Below, piece after piece: positions 25,130-35,559 of a stretch of 64,000 nt of DNA (its first letter is position 1; each line of letters starts with the position of its first letter). The notes beneath the pieces are model-generated. The model did not search any database. It had not been told where the DNA came from and worked only from the letters and a program-made list of their open reading frames with translations. The stretch comes from Eledone cirrhosa (taxonomy: Eukaryota): NCBI GenBank assembly GCA_964016885.1, contig OZ024743.1:270134001-270198000 (forward strand), given 5' to 3'. The position numbers were made by a program, and so were the translations under genes.

Positions 25130-26260
25130 TTTGAGGTGGTGTTGATCTTAGTGGTGTTGGTAGTAGTGTTTGAGGTGGTGTTGATGTTAGTGGTGTTGGT
25201 AGTAGTGTTTGAGGTGGTGTTGATGTTAGTGGTGTTGGGGGTAGTGTTTGAGGTGGTGTTGATGTTAGTGGTGTTGGTAGTAGTGTTTGACGTGGTGTTG
25301 ATGTTAGTGGTGTTGGTAGTAGTGTTTGAGGTGGTGTTGATGTTAGTGGTGTTGGTAGTAGTGTTTGAGGTGGTGTTGATGTTAGTGGTGTTCTGTAGTA
25401 GTATTTGACGTGGTGTTGATGTTAGTGGTGTTGGTAGTAGTGTTTGAGGTGGTGTTGATGTTAGTGGTGTTGGTAGTAGTGTTTGAGGTGGTGTTGATGT
25501 TAGTGGTGTTGGTAGTAGTGTTTGAGGAGGTGTTGATGTTAGTGGTGTTGGTAGTAGTGTTTGAGGTGGTGTTGATGTTAGTGGTGTTGGGGGTAGTGTT
25601 TGAGGTGGTGTTGATGTTAGCGGTGTTGGTAGTAGTGTTTGAGGTGGTGTTGATGTTAGTGGTGTTGGGGGTAGTGTTTGAGGTGGTGTTGATGTTAGCG
25701 GTGTTGGTAGTAGTGTTTGAGGTGGTGTTGATCTTAGTGGTGTTGGTAGTAGTGTTTGAGGTGGTGTTGATGTTAGTGGTGTTGGTAGTAGTGTTTGAGG
25801 TGGTGTTGATGTTAGTGGTGTTGGGGGTAGTGTTTGAGGTGGTGTTGATGTTAGTGGTGTTGGTAGTAGTGTTTGACGTGGTGTTGATGTTAGTGGTGTT
25901 GGTAGTAGTGTTTGAGGTGGTGTTGATGTTAGTGGTGTTGGTAGTAGTGTTTGAGGTGGTGTTGATGTTAGTGGTGTTCTGTAGTAGTATTTGACGTGGT
26001 GTTGATGTTAGTGGTGTTGGTAGTAGTGTTTGAGGTGGTGTTGATGTTAGTGGTGTTGGTAGTAGTGTTTGAGGTGGTGTTGATGTTAGTGGTGTTGGTA
26101 GTAGTGTTTGAGGAGGTGTTGATGTTAGTGGTGTTGGTAGTAGTGTTTGAGGTGGTGTTGATGTTAGTGGTGTTGGGGGTAGTGTTTGAGGTGGTGTTGA
26201 TGTTAGCGGTGTTGGTAGTAGTGTTTGAGGTGGTGTTGATGTTAGTGGTGTTGGGGGTAG
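25130..26260. repeat. Tandem duplication with 586-bp period (15 monomers plus 1 bp)
   Basis: ATCTTA (~25145/25731) and the +1 variant GTTCTGTAGTAGTATTTGAC (ORF ends 25408/25994) repeat. Confidence 0.85.
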
Positions 26261-28879
26261 TGTTTGAGGTGGTGTTGGTGTTAGTGGTGTTGGTAGTAGT
26301 GTTTGAGGTAGTGTTGATGTTAGTGGTATTGGTAGTAGAGTTTGAGGTGGTGTTGATGTTAGTGGTGTTGGTAGTAGTGTTTGAGGTGGTGTTGATGTTA
26401 GTGGTGTTGGGGGTAGTGTTTGAGGTGGTGTTGATGTTAGTGGTGTTGGTAGTAGTGTCTGAGGTGGTGTTGATGTTAGTGGTGTTGGTAGTAGTGTTTG
26501 AGGTGGTGTTGATGCTAGTGGTGTTGGTAGTAGTGTTTGAGGTAGTGTTGATGTTAGTGGTGTTGGTAGAAGTGTTTGAGGTGGTGTTGATGTTAGTGGT
26601 GTTGGTAGTAGTGTTTGAGGTGGTGTTGATGTTAGTGGTGTTGGTAGTAGTGTTTGAGGTGGTGTTGATGTTAGTGGTGTTGGTAGTAGTGTTTGAGGTG
26701 GTGTTGATGTTAGTGGTGTTGGGGATAGTGTTGATGTTAGTGGTGTTGGTAGTAGTGTCTGAGGTGGTGTTGATGTTAGTGGTGTTGGTAGTAGTGTTTG
26801 AGGTGGTGTTGATGTTAGTGGTGTTGGTAGTAGTGTTTGAGGTGGTGTTGATGTTAGTGGTGTTGGTAGTAGTGTTTGAGGTGGTGTTGATGTTAGTGGT
26901 GTTGGTAGTAGTGTTTGAGGTGGTGTTGATGTTAGTGGTGTTGGTAGTAGTGTTTGAGGTGGTGTTGATATTAGTGGTGTTGGGGTAGTGTTTGAGGTGG
27001 TGTTGATGTTAGAGGTGTTGGTAGTAGTGTTTGAGGTGGTGTTGATGTTAGTGGTGTTGGTAGTAGTGTTTGAGGAGGTGTTGATGTTAGTGGTATTGGT
27101 AGTAATGTCTGAGTTGGTGTTGATGTTAGTGGTGTTGGTAGTAGTGTTTGAGGTGGTGTTGATGTTAGTGGTGTTGGTAGTAGTGTTTGAGGTGGTGTTG
27201 ATGTTAGTGGTGTTGGTAGTAGTGTTTGAGGTGGTGTTGATGTTAGTGGTGTTGGTAGTAGTGTTTGAGGTGGTGTTGATGTTAGTGGTGTTGGGGGTAG
27301 TGTTTGAGGTGGTGTTGATGTTAGTGGTGTTGGTAGTAGTGTCTGAGGTGGTGTTGATGTTAGTGGTGTTGGTAGTAGTGTTTGAGGTGGTGTTGATGTT
27401 AGTGGTGTTGGTAGTAGTGTTTGAGGTGGTGTTGATGTTAGTGGTGTTGGTAGTAGTGTTTGAGGTGGTGTTGATGTTAGCGGTGTTGGTAGTAGTGTTT
27501 GAGGTGGTGTTGATGTTAGCGGTGTTGGTAGTAGTGTTTGAGGTGGTGTTGATGTTAGCGGTGTTGGTAGTAGTGTTTGAGGTGGTGTTGATTTTAGTGG
27601 TGTTGGTAGTAGTGTTTAAGGTGGTGTTGATGTTAGTGGTGTTGGTAGTAGTGTTTGAGGTGGTGTTGATGTTAGTGGTGTTGGTAGTAGTGTTTGAGGT
27701 GGTGTTGATGTTAGTGGTGTTGGTAGTAGTGTTTGAGGTGGTGTTGATGTTAGTGGTGTTGGGGGTAGTGTTTGAGGTGGTGTTGATGTTAGTGGTGTTG
27801 GTAGTAGTGTCTGAGGTGGTGTTGATGTTAGTGGTGTTGGTAGGAGTGTTTGAGGTGGTGTGATGTTAGTGGTGTTGGTAGTAGTGTTTGAGGTGGTGTT
27901 GATGTTAGTGGTGTTGGTAGTAGTGTTTGAGGTGGTGTTGATGTTAGTGGTGTTGGTAGTAGTCTTTGAGGTGGTGTTGACCTTAGTGGTGTTGGTAGTA
28001 GTGTTTGAGGTGGTGTTGATGTTAGTGGTGTTGGTAGTAGAGTTTGAGGTGGTGTTGATGTTAGTGGTGTTGGTAGTAGAGTTTGAGGTGGTGTTGATGT
28101 TAGTGGTGTTGGTAGTAGTGTTTCAGGTGGTGTTGATGTTAGTGGTGTTGGTAGTAGTGTTTGAGGTGGTTTTGATGCTAGAGGTGTTGGTAGTAGTGTT
28201 TGAGGTGGTGTTGATGTTAGTGGTGTTGGTAGTAGTGTTTGAGGTGGTGTTGATGTTAGTGGTGTTGGTAGTAGTGTTTGAGGTGGTGTTGATGTTAGAG
28301 GTGTTGGTAGTAGTGTTTGAGGTGGTGTTAACGTTAGTGGTGTTGGTAGTAGTGTTTGAGGTGGTGTTGATGTTAGTGGTGTTGGTGGTAGTGTTTGACG
28401 TGGTGTTGTTGTTAGTGGTGTTGGTAGTAGTGTCTGAGGTGGTGTTGATGTTAGTGGTGTTGGTAGTAGTGTTTGAGGTGGTGTTGTTGTTAGTGGTGTT
28501 GGTAGTAGTGTTTGACGTGGTGTTGTTGTTAGTGGTGTTGGTAGTAGTGTCTGAGGTGGTGTTGATGTTAGTGGTGTTGGTAGTAGTGTTTGAGGTGGTG
28601 TTGATGTTAGTGGTGTTGGTAGTAGTGTTTGAGGTGGTGTTGATGTTAGTGGTGTTGTTAGTAGTGTTTGGGGTGGTGTTGATGTTAGTGGTGTTGGCAG
28701 TAGTGTTTGAGGTGGTGTTGATGTTAGTGGTGTTGGTAGTAGTGTTTGAGGTGGTGTTGATGTTAGTGGTGTTGGTAGCAGTGTTTGACGTGGTGTTGAT
28801 GTTAGTGGTGTTGGTAGTAGTGTTTGACGTGGTGTTGTTGTTAGTGGTGTTGGTAGTAGTGTCTGAGGTGGTGTTGATG

Positions 28880-29860
28880 TTAGTGGTGTTGGTAGTAGTG
28901 TTTGAGGTGCTGTTGATGTTAGTGGTGTTGGTAGTAGTGTCTGAGGTGGTGTTGATGTTAGTGGTGTTGGTAGTAGTGTTTGAGGTGGTGTTGACCTTAG
29001 TGGTGTTGGTAGTAGTGTTTGAGGTGGTGTTGACGTTTGTGGTGTTGGTAGTAGTGTTTGAGGTGGTGTTGATGTTAGTGATGTTGGTAGTAGTGTTTGA
29101 GGTGGTGTTGATGTTAGCGGTGTTGGTAGTAGTGTTTGAGGTGGTGTTGATGTTAGTGGTGTTGGTAGTAGTGTTTGAGGTGGTGTTGATGTTAGTGGTG
29201 TTGTTAGTAGTGTTTGGGGTGGTGTTGATGTTAGTGGTGTTGGCAGTAGTGTTTGAGGTGGTGTTGATGTTAGCGGTATTGGTAGTAGTGTTTGAGGTGG
29301 TGTTGATGTTAGTGGTGTTGGTAGTAGTGTTTGAGGTGGTGTTGATGTTAGTGGTGTTGGTAGTAGTGTTTGAGGTGCTGTTGATGTTAGTGGTGTTGGT
29401 AGTAGTGTTTGAGGTGCTGTTGATGTTAGTGGTGTTGGTAGTAGTGTCTGAGGTGGTGTTGATGTTAGTGGTGTTGGTAGTAGTGTTTGAGGTGGTGTTG
29501 ACCTTAGTGGTGTTGGTAGTAGTGTTTGAGGTGGTGTTGACGTTTGTGGTGTTGGTAGTAGTGTTTGAGGTGGTGTTGATGTTAGTGATGTTGGTAGTAG
29601 TGTTTGAGGTGGTGTTGATGTTAGCGGTGTTGGTAGTAGTGTTTGAGGTGGTGTTGATGTTAGTGGTGTTGGTAGTAGTGTTTGAGGTGGTGTTGATGTT
29701 AGTGGTGTTGTTAGTAGTGTTTGGGGTGGTGTTGATGTTAGTGGTGTTGGCAGTAGTGTTTGAGGTGGTGTTGATGTTAGCGGTATTGGTAGTAGTGTTT
29801 GAGGTGGTGTTGATGTTAGTGGTGTTGGTAGTAGTGTTTGAGGTGGTGTTGATGTTAGTG
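28880..29860. repeat. Tandem duplication of 13 monomers (507 bp)
   Basis: ACCTTA 28994/29501, ACGTTTGTG, GTGATG, TTTGGG, TTGGCA and GCGGTA repeat in the same order. Confidence 0.85.
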
Positions 29861-30699
29861 GTGTTGGCAGTAGTGTTTGAGGTGGTGTTGATGTTAGCGG
29901 TGTTGGTAGTAGTGTTTGAGGTGGTGTTGATGTTAGCGGTGTTGGTAGTAGTGTTTGAGGTGGTGTTGATGTTAGTGGTGTTGGTAGTAGTGTTTGAGCT
30001 GGTGTTGATGTTAGTGGTGTTGGTAGTAGTGTTTGAGGAGGTGTTGATTTTAGTGGTGTTGGGTGTAGTGTTTGAGGTGGTGTTGATGTTAGCGGTGTTG
30101 GTAGTAGTGTTTGAGGTGGTGTTGATGTTAGTGGTCTTGGTAGTAGTGTTTGAGGTGGTGGTGGTGTTAGAGGTGTTGGTAGTAGTCTTGGAGGTGGTGT
30201 TGATGTTAGTGGCGTTGGTAGTAGTGTTTGACGTGGTGTTGATGTTATTGGTGTTGGTAGTAGTGTCTGAGGTGGTGTTGATGTTAATGGTGTTGGTAGT
30301 AGTGTTTGAGGTGGTGTTGATGTTAGTGGTGTTGGTAGTAGTGTTTGACGCGGTGTTGATGTTAGTGGTGTTGGTAGTAGTGTTTGAGGTGTTGTTGATG
30401 TTAGTGGTGTTGGTAGTAGTGTTTGAGGTGGTGTTGATGTTAGTGGTGTTGGTAGTAGTGTTTGAGGCGGTGTTGATGTTAGTGGTGTTGGTAGTAGTGT
30501 TTGAGGTGGTGTTGATGTTAGTGGTGTTGGTAGTAGTGTTTGAGGTGGTGTTGACCTTAGTGGTGTTGGTAGTAGTGTTTGAGGTGGTGTTGACGTTAGT
30601 GGTGTTGGTAGTAGTGTTTGAGGTGGTGTTGATGTAAGTGATGTTGGTAGTAGTGTTTGAGGTGGTGTTGATGTTAGCGGTGTTGGTAGTAGTGTTTGA

Positions 30700-33600
30700 G
30701 GTGGTGTTGATGTTAGTGGTGTTGGTAGTAGTGTTTGAGGTGGTGTTGATGTTAGTGGTGTTGGTAGTAGTGTTTGAGGTGGTGTTGATGTTAGTGGTGT
30801 TGGTAGTAGTGTTTGAGGTGGTGTTGATGTTAGTGGTGTTGTTAGTAGAGTTTGAGGTGGTGTTGATGTTAGTGGTGTTGGTAGTAGTGTTTGAGGTGGT
30901 GTTAATGTTAGTGGTGTTGGTAGTAGTGTTTGAGGTGGTGTTGATGTTAGTGGTGTTGTTAGGAGTGTTTGAGGTGGTGTTAATGTTAGTGGTGTTGTTA
31001 GTAGTGTTTGAGGAGGTGTTGATGTTAGTGGTGTTGGTAGTAGTGTTTGAGGTGGTGTTGATGTTAGTGGTGTTGGTAGTAGTGTTTGAGGTGGTGTTGA
31101 TGTTAGTGGTGTTGTTAGTAGTGTTTGAGGTGGTGTTGATGTTAGTGGTGTTGGTAGTAGTGTTTGAGGTGGTGTTGATGTTAGTGGTGTTGGTAGTAGT
31201 GTTTGAGGTGGTGTTGATGTTAGTGGTGTTGGTAGTAGTGTTTGAGGTGGTGTTGATGTTAGTGGTGTTGTTAGTAGTGTTTGAGGTGGTGTTGATGTTA
31301 GTGGTGTTGGTAGTAGTGTTTGAGGTGGTGTTGATGTTAGTGGTGTTGTTAGTAGTGTTTGAGGTGGTGTTGATGTTAGTGGTGTTGGTAGTAGTGTTTG
31401 AGGTGGTGTTGATGTTAGTGGTGTTGGTAGTAGTGTTTGAGGTGGTGTTGATGTTAGTGGTGTTGTTAGTAGTGTTTGAGGTGGTGTTGATGTTAGTGGT
31501 GTTGGTAGTAGTGTTTGAGGTGGTGTTGATGTTAGTGGTGTTGTTAGTAGTGTTTGAGGTGGTGTTGATGTTAGTGGTGTTGGTAGTAGTGTTTGAGGTG
31601 GTGTTGATGTTAGTGGTGTTGGTAGTAGTGTTTGAGGTGGTGTTGATGTTAGTGGTGTTGGTAGTAGTGTTTGAGGTGGTGTTGATGTTAGTGGTGTTGG
31701 TAGTAGTGTTTGAGGTGGTGTTGATGTTAGTGGTGTTGGTAGTAGTGTTTGAGGTGGTGTTGATGTTAGTGGTGTTGGTAGTAGTGTTTGAGGTGGTGTT
31801 GATGTTAGCGGTGTTGGTAGTAGTGTTTGAGGTGGTGTTGATGTAAGTGGTGTTGGTAGTAGTGTTTGAGGTGGTGGTGGTGTTAGTGGTGTTGGTAGTA
31901 GTGTTTGAGGTGGTGTTGATGTTAGCGGTGTTGGTAGTAGTGTTTGTGGTGGTGTTGATGTTAGTGGTGTTGGTAGTAGTGTTTGAGGTGGTGTTGATGT
32001 TAGTGGTGTTGGTAGTAGCGTTTGAGGTGGTGTTGATGTTAGTGGTGTTGGGGGTAGTGTTTGAGGTGGTGTTGGTGTTAGTGGTGTTGGTAATAGTGTT
32101 TGAGGTGGTGTTGATGTTAGTGGTGTTGGTAGTAGTGTTTGAGGTGGTGTTGATATTAGTGGTGTTGGTAGTAGTGTTTGAGGTGGTGTTGATGTTAGTG
32201 GTGTTGGCAGTAGTGTTTGAGGTGGTTTTGATGTTAGTGGTGTTGGTAGTAGTGTTTGAGGTGGTGTTGATGTTAGTGGTGTTGGTAGTAGTGTTTGAGG
32301 TGGTTTTGATGTTAGTGGTGTTGGGGGTAGTGTTTGAGGTGGTGTTGGTGTTAGTGGTGTTGGTAGAAGTGTTTGAGGTGGTGTTGATGTAAATGGTGTT
32401 GGTAGTAGTGTTTGAGGTGGTGTTGATGTTAGTGGTATTGGTAGTAGTGTTTGAGGTGGTGTTGATATTAGTGGTGTTGGGGGTAGTGTTTGAGGTGGTG
32501 TTGGTGTTAGTGGTGTTGGTAGTAGTGTTTGAGGTGGTGTTGATGTTAGTGGTGTTGGTAGTAGTGTTTGAGGTGGTGTTGATGTTAGTGGTGTTGGGGG
32601 TAGTGTTTGAGGTGGTGTTGGTGTTAGTGGTGTTGGTAGAAGTGTTTGAGGCGGTGTTGATGTTAGCGGTGTTGGTAGTAGTGTTTGAGGTGGTGTTGAT
32701 GTTAGTGGTGTTGGGGGTAGTGTTTGAGGTGGTGTTGGTGTTAGTGGTGTTGGTAGTAGTGTTTGAGGTGGTGTTGATGTTAGTGGTATTGGTAGTAGTG
32801 TTTGAGGTGGTGTTGATGTTAGTGGTGTTGGTAGTAGTGTTTGAGGTGGTGTTGATGTTAGTGGTGTTGGGGGTAGTGTTTGAGGTGGTGTTGATGTTAG
32901 TGGTGTTGGTAGTAGTGTTTGAGGTGGTGTTGATGCTAGTGGTGTTGGTAGTAGTGTTTGAGGTGGTGTTGATGTTAGCGGTGTTGGTAGTAGTGTTTGT
33001 GGTGGTGTTGATGTTAGTGGTGTTGGTAGTAGTGTTTGAGGTGGTGTTGATGTTAGTGGTGTTGGGGGTAGTGTTTGAGGTGGTGTTGGTGTTAGTGGTG
33101 TTGGTAGTAGTGTTTGAGGTGGTGTTGATGTTAGTGGTGTTGATAATAGTGTTTGAGGTGGTGTTGATGTTAGTGGTGTTGGGGGTAGTGTTTGAGGTGG
33201 TGTTGGTGTTATTGGTGTTATTGGTGTTGGTAGAAGTGTTTGATGTGGTGTTGATGTTAGCGGTGTTGGTAGTAGTGTTTGAGGTGGTGTTGATGTTAGT
33301 GGTGTTGGGGTAGTGTTTGAGGTGGTGTTGATGTTAGTGGTGTTGGGGGTAGTGTTTGAGGTGGTGTTGATGTTAGTGGTGTTGGTAGTAGTGTCTGAGG
33401 TGGTGTTGATGTTAGTGGTGTTGGTAGTAGTGTTTGAGGTGGTGTTGATGCTAGTGGTGTTGGTAGTTGTGTTTGAGGTGGTGTTGATGTTAGTGGTTTT
33501 GGTAGTAGTGTTTGAGGTGGTGTTGATGTTAGTGGTGTTGGTAGTAGTGTTTGAGGTGGTGTTGATGTTAGTGGTGTTGGTAGTAGTGTTTGAGGTGGTG

Positions 33601-35280
33601 TTGATGTTAGTGGTGTTGGTAGTAGTGTTTGAGGTGGTGTTGATGTTAGTGGTGTTGGTAGTAGTGTTTGAGGTGGTGTTGATGTTAGTGGTGTTGGGGG
33701 TAGTGTTTGAGGTGGTGTTGATGTTAGTGGTGTTGGTAGTAGTGTCTGAGGTGGTGTTGATGTTAGTGGTGTTGGTAGTAGTGTTTGAGGTGGTGTTGAT
33801 GTTAGTGGTGTTGGTAGTAGTGTTTGAGGTGGTGTTGATGTTAGTGCTGTTGGTAGTAGTGTTTGAGGTGGTGTTGATGTTAGTGGTGTTGGTAGTAGTG
33901 TTTGAGGTGGTGTTGATGTTAGTGGTGTTGGTAGTAGTGTTTGAGGTGGTGTTGATGTTAGTGGTGTTGGTAGTAGTGTTTGAGGTGGTGTTGATGTTAG
34001 TGGTGTTGGTAGTAGTGTTTGAGGTGGTGTTGATGTTAGTGGTGTTGTTAGTAGTGTTTGAGGTGGTGTTGATGTTAGTGGTGTTGGTAGTAGTGTTTGA
34101 GGTGGTGTTAATGTTAGTGGTGTTGGTAGTAGTGTTTGAGGTGGTGTTGATGTTAGTGGTGTTGTTAGGAGTGTTTGAGGTGGTGTTAATGTTAGTGGTG
34201 TTGTTAGTAGTGTTTGAGGAGGTGTTGATGTTAGTGGTGTTGGTAGTAGTGTTTGAGGTGGTGTTGATGTTAGTGGTGTTTGTAGTAGTGTTTGAGGTGG
34301 TGTTGATGTTAGTGGTGTTGTTAGTAGTGTTTGAGGTGGTGTTGATGTTAGTGGTGTTGGTAGTAGTGTTTGAGGTGGTGTTGATGTTAGTGGTGTTGGT
34401 AGTAGTGTTTGAGGTGGTGTTGATGTTAGTGGTGTTGGTAGTAGTGTTTGAGGTGGTGTTGATGTTAGTGGTGTTGTTAGTAGTGTTTGAGGTGGTGTTG
34501 ATGTTAGTGGTGTTGGTAGTAGTGTTTGAGGTGGTGTTGTTAGTAGTGTTTGAGGTGGTGTTGATGTTAGTGGTGTTGGTAGTAGTGTTTGAGGTGGTGT
34601 TGATGTTAGTGGTGTTGGTAGTAGTGTTTGAGGTGGTGTTGATGTTAGTGGTGTTGTTAGTAGTGTTTGAGGTGGTGTTGATGTTAGTGGTGTTGGTAGT
34701 AGTGTTTGAGGTGGTGTTGATGTTAGTGGTGTTGTTAGTAGTGTTTGAGGTGGTGTTGATGTTAGTGGTGTTGGTAGTAGTGTTTGAGGTGGTGTTGATG
34801 TTAGTGGTGTTGGTAGTAGTGTTTGAGGTGGTGTTGATGTTAGTGGTGTTGGTAGTAGTGTTTGAGGTGGTGTTGATGTTAGTGGTGTTGGTAGTAGTGT
34901 TTGAGGTGGTGTTGATGTTAGTGGTGTTGGTAGTAGTGTTTGAGGTGGTGTTGATGTTAGTGGTGTTGGTAGTAGTGTTTGAGGTGGTGTTGATGTTAGC
35001 GGTGTTGGTAGTAGTGTTTGAGGTGGTGTTGATGTAAGTGGTGTTGGTAGTAGTGTTTGAGGTGGTGGTGGTGTTAGTGGTGTTGGTAGTAGTGTTTGAG
35101 GTGGTGTTGATGTTAGCGGTGTTGGTAGTAGTGTTTGTGGTGGTGTTGATGTTAGTGGTGTTGGTAGTAGTGTTTGAGGTGGTGTTGATGTTAGTGGTGT
35201 TGGTAGTAGCGTTTGAGGTGGTGTTGATGTTAGTGGTGTTGGGGGTAGTGTTTGAGGTGGTGTTGGTGTTAGTGGTGTTG
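30700..35280. repeat. Dispersed duplicate: ~30700-32090 recurs at ~33900-35280
   Basis: Shared TTAATG, TTGTTAGGA, a run of TTGTTAGTA monomers, ATGTAA (31844/35035), TTTGTG and GTAGCG. The second copy has a 15-bp deletion at ~34535. Confidence 0.85.
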
Positions 35281-35559
35281 GTAGAAGTGTTTGAGGTGGT
35301 GTTGATGTTAGCGGTGTTGGTAGTAGTGTTTGAGGTGGTGTTGATGTTAGTGGTGTTGGGGGTAGTGTTTGAGGTGGTGTTGGTGTTAGTGGTGTTGGTA
35401 GTAGTGTTTGAGGTGGTGTTGATGTTAGTGGTATTGGTAGTAGTGTTTGAGGTGGTGTTGATGTTAGTGGTGTTGGTAGTAGTGTTTGAGGTGGTGTTGA
35501 TGTTAGTGGTGTTGGGGGTAGTGTTTGAGGTGGTGTTGATGTTAGTGGTGTTGGTAGTA

